DNA of 64,000 bases from Bradymonadia bacterium (GTDB taxonomy: Bacteria > Myxococcota_A > Bradymonadia > UBA7976 > UBA1532). Positions 18,563 to 28,226 of the stretch are shown here, in pieces. Numbering within the stretch: the stretch's first letter is position 1; the number at the start of each line of letters is the position of its first letter. The stretch is from positions 128,001-192,000 of the forward strand of contig JBKAGE010000078.1 in assembly GCA_046290225.1 (NCBI GenBank). Direction: 5' to 3'. Below the pieces are notes generated by a model that was not told the origin of the DNA, ran no database searches, and saw nothing but the letters and a program-made list of their open reading frames with translations. A program made the position numbers and the translations under genes.

Positions 18563-19714
18563 TCAATGGCGGGTCGATGGCCATCGACTCTGCAACCACT
18601 CGATGGCCAGCAAGACCTCCCCGGCGGTGTAGAGCCGAGGGGCGTGGATCCCATACTCCACGGTGGTCTCCCAATGCCAGAGCGTATGTCGAGCGAGGCG
18701 CCGCGCGGCTTCCTCATCGTCCAGGCGCGCCGCGAGCCTCACCAGGCAGGTCCAGGTGGCCACCCCTGCCCTTTTCTCACCCCGGTAGGCCCCCGTGTTC
18801 ACGTCGTAGTACCGCTTCAAGCCGAGCAGGCGGCCTACGGCGAAGTCGAGCAGTTTGCGAGCCACCTGCGGATCGCCCTCCACCACCGACTCGGCCACAG
18901 CGCAGCTGTTGTTCAGCTGCACGATCCCATCCGGGGCGAAGAAAGCCAGATCTCGCTCTGGCAGGAGCGTGGCCACGTCGGGTTGCACCATGCTGCGGAA
19001 GAGCCCCGTGGAGGCCTGAGCGCGCCGCACCACCGTGTAGGTCTGCTCGGCGACCTCGGCGAACCGACGTCGCCGGGTGTCGATGTCGGCTCTGCTCTCT
19101 TGGGCACTCAGCCGCAGCGCGCCATCGCTGGCCTGAGCAGCCCGGGCCAGCAGGTCGGGATGATAGTCCACCAAAAACGAGTCGTTGGCGAAGGCTCGGG
19201 TCTGAAAATTGAAGTAGTTCCTGATGAGCCAGATGCCCTGCTCTTCGAAGGCGTGCCGGCAGTACCCTTCCAAGATGACCACCGCCTGCCGACGCCATTG
19301 CGGGTGCTCGAAGCGCTCACTCCCGAGCCAGAGCGCGTCAGCCAATCGGAGGGCCTCCGTGGTGCCCGAGGCGTCAGGGGGCTCGCCCTGCTTGAACCGC
19401 CAGGGGACGAAGCCGCGGGTGTACGGATCGCTGGGATCGTCCCGCCAGAGATACGGAAGCACCTGATCAGCCAGACCACGAAATGCGACCTCATCCCCTC
19501 GCCGAGCCAGCACGATCATCAACTGAGCGACGTCCACTGTATAGATGTAGCCATCTGCACGAGCGAGATCGCCCTCGGTGATGCGCATCACCTCGGCAGT
19601 GACAGCAGTGTCGATCTCGGCGATGGCTTCGTGATCCAGGCACGGCGTCCAAAACAACGCCCCGAGCCCACCCAGAACCACCAGCGCAGACATGAAGAGG
19701 AGTGCGCGCCACAC
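18563..19714 (-). CDS. Exported (alpha/alpha)6 protein, GH8-like
   Basis: N-terminal TM/signal; GFVPWR..DASGTTEALRLADALWLG..W...A..IL resembles the GH8 core (by eye). Confidence 0.45.
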   Translation of the reverse strand: MWRALLFMSALVVLGGLGALFWTPCLDHEAIAEIDTAVTAEVMRITEGDLARADGYIYTVDVAQLMIVLARRGDEVAFRGLADQVLPYLWRDDPSDPYTRGFVPWRFKQGEPPDASGTTEALRLADALWLGSERFEHPQWRRQAVVILEGYCRHAFEEQGIWLIRNYFNFQTRAFANDSFLVDYHPDLLARAAQASDGALRLSAQESRADIDTRRRRFAEVAEQTYTVVRRAQASTGLFRSMVQPDVATLLPERDLAFFAPDGIVQLNNSCAVAESVVEGDPQVARKLLDFAVGRLLGLKRYYDVNTGAYRGEKRAGVATWTCLVRLAARLDDEEAARRLARHTLWHWETTVEYGIHAPRLYTAGEVLLAIEWLQSRWPSTRH

Positions 19715-19716
19715 GA

Positions 19717-21645
19717 TCAGTCGTCGTCGGGGTTCAAGTAGGTGTAGCGGCCGAGGCTGCTCTCGTAGTGGCGCATGAGCAGCCGCACCTGAGGCAGCGT
19801 GAGGCGGCCTTCGTTGAGGGCGGTCTCGGCCTGCCGACGCACACGCTCCACCATGTCCTCGGGATCGTACTGCACATAGTGCAGCACCTCTTGAATCGAG
19901 TCCCCCTTCACCACGTGGGCTACCTCGTATCCATAGTCGGTGGTGCGTACGTGGACCGCGTTGGTGTCGCCGAACAGGTTGTGCAGATCGCCCAGGATCT
20001 CCTGATAGGCCCCCACCAGGAACATGGCCACATAGTATGGCTGCCCGCTCTGGATGGGGTGCAGCTCCAAGACGGGCTTGTGCCCCTCGCGGTCGATGAA
20101 GGTGCTGATGGCGCCGTCGCTGTCACAGGTGAGATCTGCGAGGGTGGCCCGCACCGTGGGCTCCTCGGCGAGGCGGTGCAATGGCATGATGGGAAACAGC
20201 TGGTCGATGGCCCAGGCGTCTGGGGCAGACTGGAACACCGAGAAGTTGCAGTAGTAGATGCTCGACAGCTCCGACTCGAGCACCTGCAGCTCTTCGGGCA
20301 CGTACTCCAACTGCCGTACTCGACGCAGCAGTCGCTGAGCGCAGTGCCAGAACAAGCTCTCTACATGGGCTTTCTGCCGCAAGGTGAGGTAGCCGAGGGT
20401 GAACAGGCTCTGAGCTTCGTGGCGGGCCTGGACAGCGTCGTGCAGCACCTCTTGCAGGTTGGAGTCGTCATTGATGCCCTGCAGCGTGTCCCACAGTTGG
20501 GTGATGAGCAGCGGAGCGTCCTCCGCGGGCCTGGCAGGCGGGCCGAAGGAGAACGCGTTGGTGCCCAGCACGTCGAAGACCAGAACCGACTGGTGGGCCA
20601 CCACCGCGCGGCCGCTCTCGCTCACCAGAGTGGGCGGCGTCAGGTTGGCCCGAGCGCACGCATCGTTCACCGTGGAGACCACGTCGTAGGCGTACTCTTG
20701 GATGCTGTAATTGACCGATGCCTGCATGTTGCTGTGCGAGCCGTCGTAGTCGATGCCCAGGCCCCCACCCACGTCGAGGTAGCGCATGGGGCAGCCCATG
20801 CGGGCGAGCTCCACGAAGATGTTTGCCGCCTCCTTGAGGGCCGACTTGATGGGCAGAATGCTGCTGATCTGGCTGCCGATGTGAAAATGCAGCAGCGCCA
20901 GGCTGCCCACCATGCCCCGGGCGGCGAGCCGATCGACGGCTTCGACCAGCTCGGAAGAGCTCAGGCCGAACTTCGCCCGATCTCCGGTGGATTCCGCCCA
21001 TCGACCCATCCCCTTCGTGCTCAGCCGGGCGCGGACCCCGAGGATGGGCTTGATGCCCAGCTTCTTGCTCGCCTGGAACACCAGATCGAGCTCTTCGATG
21101 CGCTCGAGCACGATGACCACGGTCTTGCCGAACTGCTGAGCCAGAAGGGCTGTCTCGATGTAGGCTTCGTCTTTATAGCCGTTGCAGATGATCAACCCAT
21201 CAGGGTCGGTCATGGCAGAGAGCGCGATGAGCAGCTCGGGCTTCGAGCCGCACTCCAGGCCGAAGCTGAAGGCGCGGCCATGACTCACGATCTCGTCCAC
21301 CACATGACGCTGCTGGTTCACCTTCACGGGGAACACGCCGCGATAAACGCCTTGATAGTCAGATTCTTCGATGGCCCGGTTGAAGCACTCGTTGAGGGTC
21401 CTGATCCGGTGCCTGATGATGTCGGAAAACCGGATCAACATGGGCAGATCGAGACCTCGCGCCTTGAGATCGTTGATCAACGCGTACAGGTCGATGGATC
21501 GGGGCTGCTCCGGATCAGGTGTGACCTGGACATGCCCTCGGGTGTTGATCGTGAAGTAGGGGTCACCCCAACCGCCGATGTTGTAGAGCTCGGCGCTCTG
21601 CTCGACGCCCCAGCGGGCCTTGCGAGATTGGTCGTTCATCGACAC
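19717..21645 (-). CDS. speA: Biosynthetic arginine decarboxylase
   Basis: FPVKVNQ (PLP lysine), GLECGSKPEL, CNGYKD, HFHIGSQI, DVGGGLGIDYDG, ESGRA, DLTCDSDG, GAYQEILGDLHNLFG. Confidence 0.97.
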   Translation of the reverse strand: MSMNDQSRKARWGVEQSAELYNIGGWGDPYFTINTRGHVQVTPDPEQPRSIDLYALINDLKARGLDLPMLIRFSDIIRHRIRTLNECFNRAIEESDYQGVYRGVFPVKVNQQRHVVDEIVSHGRAFSFGLECGSKPELLIALSAMTDPDGLIICNGYKDEAYIETALLAQQFGKTVVIVLERIEELDLVFQASKKLGIKPILGVRARLSTKGMGRWAESTGDRAKFGLSSSELVEAVDRLAARGMVGSLALLHFHIGSQISSILPIKSALKEAANIFVELARMGCPMRYLDVGGGLGIDYDGSHSNMQASVNYSIQEYAYDVVSTVNDACARANLTPPTLVSESGRAVVAHQSVLVFDVLGTNAFSFGPPARPAEDAPLLITQLWDTLQGINDDSNLQEVLHDAVQARHEAQSLFTLGYLTLRQKAHVESLFWHCAQRLLRRVRQLEYVPEELQVLESELSSIYYCNFSVFQSAPDAWAIDQLFPIMPLHRLAEEPTVRATLADLTCDSDGAISTFIDREGHKPVLELHPIQSGQPYYVAMFLVGAYQEILGDLHNLFGDTNAVHVRTTDYGYEVAHVVKGDSIQEVLHYVQYDPEDMVERVRRQAETALNEGRLTLPQVRLLMRHYESSLGRYTYLNPDDD

Positions 21646-21797
21646 CTCTAGAAGATCAGGTGGCTGCTCAGCCCAGAGCGCGTGGGAGTATACTCACGAC
21701 GCCGCGTGGAGCCACACAAGAGTGCATCTCGAGTCACGGGCAAGCGGCAGATTCTCACGCGTTGCCAGGGGCACGGGTTCGTGGGAGACTCCCGAGC

Positions 21798-22655
21798 ATG
21801 TGTGAACTTCTTGGGATGAGCGCCAACGTCCCCACGGATATCTGTTTCAGCTTTCGTGGGTTGATGGAACGAGGCGGCCGTACCGGCCCTCACCGGGATG
21901 GATGGGGGGTGGCTTTCTACGAGGGCCGGCACTGCCGGGCCTTTCACGATCCAGCGCCGAGCGCCCAGAGCCCGCTGGCGTTGTTCTTGAATCATTATCC
22001 GATCAAGAGCGTGAACGTGGTGTGCCACATCAGGCAGGCCACCCACGGCAAAGTCTGTCTCGAAAACACCCACCCCTTCATCAGAGAGCTCTGGGGCCTC
22101 ACCTGGACCTTTGCGCACAACGGCAAGTCCAAGGGCGTGAAACGCTGGCCGCTTCGGTTCTACACCCCTGTGGGCACCACCGACAGCGAGCACGCCTTCT
22201 GCTGGTTGCTCGACCAGCTCCGAGCGCGCTGGCCCGAGAAGCCCAAACGCTGGGGCCCGGTGCATCGCTTCATCCGCGACCTCTGCGACACCCTCAGGCC
22301 CCTGGGCACCTTCAACATGTTGCTGAGCAACTCGAAGGTGCTCTACGCCTACTGCACTACGCATCTGTGCTGGATCACGCGCCGTGCCCCCTTTGGCGAA
22401 GCTCGGCTCATCGATGCCGACTTCGAGGTAGATTTTCAGAAGGAGACCACGCCAAACGACGTGGTGACCGTCATCGCCACCCGCCCGCTGACGAGCAACG
22501 AGGCGTGGCACACCATGGGCACTGGGGAGATGAAGATCTTCCGCGACGGGCTCATCGTGCCCTTGTCGGAGCGACGAGGGCGCCTCACGGCACCTCTCAC
22601 AGCGCCCACCACAGCACCTGAAGACGCCGGGGCCTCTCAGTCCTCATCGAGGTGA
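21798..22655 (+). CDS. yafJ: Class II glutamine amidotransferase (YafJ/EgtC family)
   Basis: MCELLGMSAN (Ntn Cys2), HRDGWG, HIRQAT, ENTHPF, FAHNG, GTTDSEHAF. Confidence 0.9.
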   Translation: MCELLGMSANVPTDICFSFRGLMERGGRTGPHRDGWGVAFYEGRHCRAFHDPAPSAQSPLALFLNHYPIKSVNVVCHIRQATHGKVCLENTHPFIRELWGLTWTFAHNGKSKGVKRWPLRFYTPVGTTDSEHAFCWLLDQLRARWPEKPKRWGPVHRFIRDLCDTLRPLGTFNMLLSNSKVLYAYCTTHLCWITRRAPFGEARLIDADFEVDFQKETTPNDVVTVIATRPLTSNEAWHTMGTGEMKIFRDGLIVPLSERRGRLTAPLTAPTTAPEDAGASQSSSR

Positions 22656-23806
22656 AAGTCCATGATGACGGTGCGATCTTCATCGTCATCATAGGGCGGC
22701 GCGGTGTCTTGGACTGAGAGCGCCTCTTCGAGGTGAGCGAAGGCGCTCGGCGGAAGCGTCAGCGCACCCATGTCGTCTTCCTCGGCGTCTACCCTGGGCG
22801 ACTCGTGGGTGATCGACGGCACCATGCCCAGCCAGTGCCCGACCCGCTCGAGGCCCTGAAACAGCTCCTCACGGGCCACGCCCTGTATCTGCTCTGCCGC
22901 GTCTGCAGCGGTCTTCATCCGCGCTCGGGCGTCGGCGATGGCCGGGTGCGCTCGAGGCAACAGATCGAGCCGCGCCGCCACCGCGAGCAACAAGCCAGCG
23001 AAGGCTTGAGCCGAGGGCAGGCGGTTCGCCGCCTCGAGTTCGATGGCCCAGAGCACCACGGCGACGAGATCATCGGGCACGTCGGGGCTACGCCCCTGAA
23101 TGCTCGGTGGCGGCTCGCCATCGAGGAACCTGCGGAACAGCTCTGCGTGCTCCGCGGCCCGAAAGGGAATATGCCCGGTGAGCATCTCGTAGAGCGTGGC
23201 GCCGAGGCCGTACACGTCGACCGCCGGGGTCGGGGCCTCGCTGTTGAACTGCTCTGGAGGCATGTACCAGAGGGTGCCGACATTGGCCCCCACGAGGGTG
23301 AGGTTGTGGTTGTGCCCCACCCGCTTGGCCACGCCGAAGTCGGTCACCCTCAAGGTCTCGGCGTCCTCATCGTCGAGGAGCATGAGGTTGCCGGGCTTGA
23401 TGTCTCGGTGGACCACCCCCTGCTCGTGGGCATACTGCAACGCCTCGGCGGCCTTGATGGCGATGCGCACACAATCGCCCACGGGGAGCGCCCCCTGTTG
23501 ACGGGTCAGGTGATCCTCGATGGAGCCTCCACCGAGAAACTCCATCACGATGACCTGATGCTCCGGGCTCTCGAGGTAATCGAAGACCCGGGCGATGTTC
23601 GGGTGCTCCAGACGAGCTTGCATGAACGCCCCGAGACGAAACCGGTCGGCCATGAGGCCTTCCTGCTCGTCCGAGGTCCTCAAGCGCATTTTGAGCGCCA
23701 CCAGCCGATCGAGATACCGGTGTCGGCCGGAGAGGACCTGAGCCATGCCGCCGACGCCGATCTGATCTTCGACGGCATATGGCCCAAGGGCGCTCGGAAT
23801 GCTCAT
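22637..23806 (-). CDS. Cytoplasmic Ser/Thr protein kinase
   Basis: IGVGGMAQV, VALK, HRDIKPGN, DFG, YMPPEQ, DVYGLG. Confidence 0.93.
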   Translation of the reverse strand: MSIPSALGPYAVEDQIGVGGMAQVLSGRHRYLDRLVALKMRLRTSDEQEGLMADRFRLGAFMQARLEHPNIARVFDYLESPEHQVIVMEFLGGGSIEDHLTRQQGALPVGDCVRIAIKAAEALQYAHEQGVVHRDIKPGNLMLLDDEDAETLRVTDFGVAKRVGHNHNLTLVGANVGTLWYMPPEQFNSEAPTPAVDVYGLGATLYEMLTGHIPFRAAEHAELFRRFLDGEPPPSIQGRSPDVPDDLVAVVLWAIELEAANRLPSAQAFAGLLLAVAARLDLLPRAHPAIADARARMKTAADAAEQIQGVAREELFQGLERVGHWLGMVPSITHESPRVDAEEDDMGALTLPPSAFAHLEEALSVQDTAPPYDDDEDRTVIMDFHLDED

Positions 23807-24537
23807 GCCTCTTCGTGCTCCTCGTCTACCTCGTCAGATGTATCGACCTCGCCGAGGGGACCCTGAAATGCCCGGAAGCGTTTTGCCTGCCGCAGCATCG
23901 TGATGGCCCCGAACATGATGAAGCCATCTTCCCGCTCGTCCACCATCTCCAGCAGCGCGTCGAGATCGTAGTCCGAGAGTCGGGCGCCCAGACCAGCGCG
24001 GCCGAGCAAGCGCCAGTAGAAAGGCCCCTGCCCCGGATCGAGCACCAGAAGCTCCTCAGTGTCGAGCGCCAGCGGATCCACCACCGGGATCACCTGCGCT
24101 GCATCACAGAGGGCACGCTGAACCTCAGGCTGGCCTTCCCACAGGCCCTCTGCACGCCACGCCACCCTGCACCCCTCGGGGCGCTGAGCACCAGGCCCCG
24201 CGAAGAACTCAGAGAAGGCCGCGCGGCTCTCCGCCGATGGTCGAAAGCCCCCAGGGGTGTGGATCATGATGACCCCGGCGCCGAGACGCCCTGCGGCCTC
24301 TGTAGTCCGCGCCCAGGCAGCCTCGGCCTCCGGGCCGGAGAAGCTGTTGGAGACCAGGGCCCGATCAGCAGGCAACACATATTTGCGCCCGGCGGGGGTC
24401 TCGCGGCCCCACCGGCTCAGGGTGTTCAACTTGACGCGTTCGAGCGTGTTTTCGGGCAGCTCTTTGAGATCGAGGTCAGCCCAATACTTAGAAGCGGGGC
24501 CTTGGAACCCCGCACATCCCACGTGGATCGTACTCAT
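23803..24537 (-). CDS. DUF72-family protein (divergent)
   Basis: IHVGCAGF, W...TP, TPGGFRPS, WRAEGLW, VVDPL, YWRLLG. Alternative starts run up to 24558. Confidence 0.65.
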   Translation of the reverse strand: MSTIHVGCAGFQGPASKYWADLDLKELPENTLERVKLNTLSRWGRETPAGRKYVLPADRALVSNSFSGPEAEAAWARTTEAAGRLGAGVIMIHTPGGFRPSAESRAAFSEFFAGPGAQRPEGCRVAWRAEGLWEGQPEVQRALCDAAQVIPVVDPLALDTEELLVLDPGQGPFYWRLLGRAGLGARLSDYDLDALLEMVDEREDGFIMFGAITMLRQAKRFRAFQGPLGEVDTSDEVDEEHEEA

Positions 24538-24594
24538 GGGCGGCATCATAGTCCGCACCCCCGGCCAAAGCCACAGGGCTTCTCTACTCCATGA

Positions 24595-25587
24595 TCACCA
24601 CCGCAGGCCCGGACCCACCATATAGAGGGCTCGGGGCCCCTGCAGCGCAGCCTCGAGCCCTTCAAATGGGGCGCCATCCAGGTGACCGGCGAGCATCTCG
24701 AACAATCCGCGGCGTACGCTGTACCGCACGACGCGCACCGGCCCGCCCACCATGGCCTCGAGCCGCGCTTGGGCAGCCTCCGAATATCCCACGGCGTCGA
24801 CGAGCCCTGCGTCGACCGCCTGTTGGGCTGAATACAGACGCCCGTCGGCGAGGGCACGTACACGGGCCAGACCAGCCTCCCCTTCCCACTTGCGGCCATC
24901 GGCCACCACCTGCACGAAGCGGGTGTACATCTCATCGACGATGTTCTTCAGGATGGCCCGGTCAGCCTCAGAGGGCGGACGGGTCGGACTCAGCAGTTGC
25001 TTGTGAGGCCCCGAGGTCACTGAGGTGTCCGCCACCCCCACCCGCTCCATGAGGGCAGAAACATTGAGGGTGTTGATGATGACCCCGATGCTGCCCGTGA
25101 CGGTGGTGGGCAGGGCCCAGATCTCGTCGGCGGCAGCGGCGAGGTACACACCCCCCGAGGCACACAAATCGCCCATGTGCACCAGCACCTTCGTGCCACC
25201 CGCTTTGAGATCAGTCAGGCGATGGTGCAACACGTCGGCGTCTGTGACCGAGCCCCCTGGGGTGTCGAGGCGCAAGAGCAGACCCACCACGGTGTCATCG
25301 TCTTCGATGGCGTCGAGCACGCGGTGCAGGTCACCTGATAAAGCCCCAGGTTGACGGCGCCGACCGCCCATCATCACCCCTTTGGCGTCGACGATGACCA
25401 CAGTGCGGCTCACCCCCTCCGGCGCCGACTCCACCACGACCTGCATGGCCCCAACGCCCTCATCGGTGCCCTGGAACAGCCACAGCGCCATCAAAACCAG
25501 CATCACTGCGGGGGTGAGGGCCAGCAGCAAGCAGCCCCAACCGCGTCGCGGTGGCTGTGCAGGTGGAGGTTGATGGGGGTTGGTCAT
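24595..25587 (-). CDS. sppA: Signal peptide peptidase SppA (S49)
   Basis: DTPGGS, ASGGVY, TGSIGV, SGPHK, ADGRLY, GLVD; N-terminal TM. Confidence 0.9.
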   Translation of the reverse strand: MTNPHQPPPAQPPRRGWGCLLLALTPAVMLVLMALWLFQGTDEGVGAMQVVVESAPEGVSRTVVIVDAKGVMMGGRRRQPGALSGDLHRVLDAIEDDDTVVGLLLRLDTPGGSVTDADVLHHRLTDLKAGGTKVLVHMGDLCASGGVYLAAAADEIWALPTTVTGSIGVIINTLNVSALMERVGVADTSVTSGPHKQLLSPTRPPSEADRAILKNIVDEMYTRFVQVVADGRKWEGEAGLARVRALADGRLYSAQQAVDAGLVDAVGYSEAAQARLEAMVGGPVRVVRYSVRRGLFEMLAGHLDGAPFEGLEAALQGPRALYMVGPGLRW

Positions 25588-25687
25588 GAAGTGCTCCAGG
25601 GAGATGTGGCCATGAGGGGCGTCAAACCAGTACCATGCCCGGCACCCAACAGGCCTCCCCAACAGGCGTCTTCGCCGGAGAGAGATC

Positions 25688-26959
25688 ATGAAACCCATCG
25701 AGCCGTCACCCGCTGACATCCCAGCCACCGTCGCTGCCACCGATCCCGTCGTGGCCCGCCTGATCGCTCAGGAGGACCAGCGTCAGCGCCAGACACTGCG
25801 GTTGATCCCATCAGAGAACTACGCCTCTGCAGCGGTGCTGCAGGCGTGCAGCTCGTCGTTGTCGAACAAGTACAGCGAGGGTTACCCAGGTCGTCGGTAC
25901 TACCAGGGCCAGGCGTTCATCGATCAGATCGAGACCCTCGCTCAGGATCGCGCAAAGGCGCTCTTCGGCGCAGAGCACGTCAACGTGCAGCCCCTCTCGG
26001 GGGCACCGGCCAACCTGGCCACCTACGCGGCGCTGCTCAAGCCCGGCGATACCCTGCTCGGCATGACCCTGCCCCATGGCGGTCACCTGACCCACGGCTG
26101 GTCGGTGAGCGTCACAGGACAGTTCTACAATGCTGTGCATTACGGGGTGCGCGAGTCGGATTGCTATCTCGACATCGACCAGGTGGCCCGCCTGGCCAAA
26201 GAGCACAAGCCCAAGATCATCGTCTGCGGCGGCTCGGCCTACCCCCGCATCATCGACTTTGCCGCCTTTGCAGAGATCGCGGAGTCTGTGGGTGCCCTGC
26301 TGATGGCTGACATCGCCCACATCTCCGGCCTGGTCGCCGGCGGCGTGCACCCCTCCCCGGTCCCTGTGGCTGACGTGGTCACCACCACCACACACAAGAC
26401 CCTGCGCGGCCCCCGTGGCGGCATGATCATGTGCAAGCAGAGCCACGCCAAAGCCATCAACCGTGCGGTCTTCCCTGGTCTGCAGGGTGGCCCGCACAAC
26501 CACACCACTGCGGCCCTCGCCGTCGCCCTCAAAGAGGCCGACTCGGACGAGTTCAAGACCTATGCGCGTGCGGTGGTGGACAACGCCAAGGCCCTCTCCG
26601 AGGGTCTGCTCGGACACGGCCTTGTGCCTGTCACAGGGGGCACCGACAACCATCTGCTGTTGATCGATCTGACCCCTCAAGGGGTGTCCGGCAAGAAGGC
26701 CGCCAAGGCCCTCGAAGCCGCAGGCATTGTCTGCAACGCCAACTCCGTCCCCTTCGACACCCGAAAGCCCTTCGATCCGTCGGGCATCAGGTTGGGGACG
26801 CCGGCGCTCACCTCACGGGGGATGGGCCTCGACGAGATGAAGCAGCTTGCAGACTGGATCGCGCAGGTCGTCGCAGCACCAGAAGACGAGGCTCTGCATG
26901 CTGGCATCGCCGGTGAGGTCGAAGCCATGTGCCAGGGGTTCCCGGCACCAGGACTCTGA
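25688..26959 (+). CDS. glyA: Serine hydroxymethyltransferase
   Basis: LIPSEN, NKYSEGYPGRRYY, GGHLTHG, TTTTHKTLRGPRGG, FPGLQGGP, GIRLGTP. Confidence 0.98.
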   Translation: MKPIEPSPADIPATVAATDPVVARLIAQEDQRQRQTLRLIPSENYASAAVLQACSSSLSNKYSEGYPGRRYYQGQAFIDQIETLAQDRAKALFGAEHVNVQPLSGAPANLATYAALLKPGDTLLGMTLPHGGHLTHGWSVSVTGQFYNAVHYGVRESDCYLDIDQVARLAKEHKPKIIVCGGSAYPRIIDFAAFAEIAESVGALLMADIAHISGLVAGGVHPSPVPVADVVTTTTHKTLRGPRGGMIMCKQSHAKAINRAVFPGLQGGPHNHTTAALAVALKEADSDEFKTYARAVVDNAKALSEGLLGHGLVPVTGGTDNHLLLIDLTPQGVSGKKAAKALEAAGIVCNANSVPFDTRKPFDPSGIRLGTPALTSRGMGLDEMKQLADWIAQVVAAPEDEALHAGIAGEVEAMCQGFPAPGL

Positions 26960-27020
26960 AGAATGAAGGCGAGCTGGGGGGCTTGCTCAGGCGCTCAACT
27001 CAGGCGCCCAATTCGGGCGT

Positions 27021-27752
27021 TCAACCCTCGGAAGGCCCAGAGGATGTAGCCTGAGGCGCCGAAGAGGCCTGGGTTGCCCCTTCTTCACCGCCACCATCCT
27101 TTCCACCAGAGCGACGGCGTCGACGGCGCCGGCGCTTTTGCCCGCCCTCGCCCTCGCCCTTCGGGGCATCAGCGCGGCGTTGCTGGCCATTGCCATTGCC
27201 GTTGCCATTGCCGTTGCCATTTCGAGAGCGATTGCGATTGCCGTTGCCATTCCGAGAGCGATTGCCGCCCTGGCCGCGGCCGCCACGCTTACGGCGGTTC
27301 TTGTTCTGCCCCACCATGCCGAGGTTGCCATCAGCACGCAGAGCAGCAATGGCTTCGAGATCCTCCTCGGTGAATTCGGGTAGTCCGTTCCCCTTGATTT
27401 GGTTGGCGCCGGCGACCCCGGCTTCATCCTCATCCTCGACCATGCCACTCATCTCACGACGGCAATTGCTGCAAATCACGTCATGACGATGTTTGGGCCA
27501 TCTATCGAGGCTGACGGTGGTGCCGCAGACGGAGCAGGGGTACTCCACCGGGTTGCGGCCGCCGCTTCGGCGACCATTGCTGGGCTCTTGAACAGAGACA
27601 CCGAGGCGGGCATTGGAACGCTCCCAGAACGAACGTGGATCGTTGTCGTCCTTCTGGTTGTTCCGACGGTGGCGCTCTGCGGCTTTCGGGTTGGGCTTAC
27701 GCCCACGACCGCGACCGCGCCCCTTACGGTTGGCAGGCTGGTCCAAACGCAT
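27021..27752 (-). CDS. Disordered basic protein with a CxxC-x17-CxxC zinc ribbon
   Basis: CSVC-17 aa-CSNC; RG- and NG-rich tracts and an R8 run; GGAG adjacent to ATG 27752. Confidence 0.7.
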   Translation of the reverse strand: MRLDQPANRKGRGRGRGRKPNPKAAERHRRNNQKDDNDPRSFWERSNARLGVSVQEPSNGRRSGGRNPVEYPCSVCGTTVSLDRWPKHRHDVICSNCRREMSGMVEDEDEAGVAGANQIKGNGLPEFTEEDLEAIAALRADGNLGMVGQNKNRRKRGGRGQGGNRSRNGNGNRNRSRNGNGNGNGNGNGQQRRADAPKGEGEGGQKRRRRRRRRSGGKDGGGEEGATQASSAPQATSSGPSEG

Positions 27753-28226
27753 CTCCGCTTGACGAGTGACGTACACGAAAACGGATCTCGCGCACATCAT
27801 TGGGTCAACCCCCTGAGGGGGCAAACGACTGCAAGCTGTTGGGATAGGTGAGTTCTACATGGGGTCTCGGCCCGAATGGCCGACACCTGAAAGTCACACC
27901 CGACTGACCTCGCCCTTTCCGAGGCTCGAACTGTGAATGGGTGGGACTTCAGGGATTCAAACCCTGCAAGCTCTTGGGGAGGGTAGCAGATCCTCGATGT
28001 ACCTGCAAGTTGTCGTCAAAAGGCCACCGCCGTCGCCTGTATTCTCGAGATCCTCAGGCGCTGATGCCCGTGTAAGGATGATGCCCACGGCAGCTCTCTC
28101 CACGGGCGCTGGCCGATGAATGAATCCACGGGTCATGGGGTCAACGGGCAGGCCGCGGGCGTCGCCTGCTGCCTGACCTCTGCTCGATGTTGGAAAACTG
28201 TTGCACCGATGCTAAACGTGCCTTCG

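Noticed and set aside
19702..21651. 649-aa plus-strand ORF
   Set aside because: Antisense shadow of speA, typical of high-GC3 genes.
25588..25687. Possible ZTP or glycine riboswitch before glyA
   Set aside because: No recognisable consensus elements; short divergent gap.
27818..27850. c-di-GMP-I riboswitch (GGCAAAC...)
   Set aside because: The following stem and GACGCAAAGC element are absent, and the orientation is wrong for the nearest gene.
27935..28020. tRNA gene on the minus strand (T-arm-like GGGTTTGAATCCC)
   Set aside because: No matching acceptor stem or anticodon arm; kept only as part of the intergenic finding.
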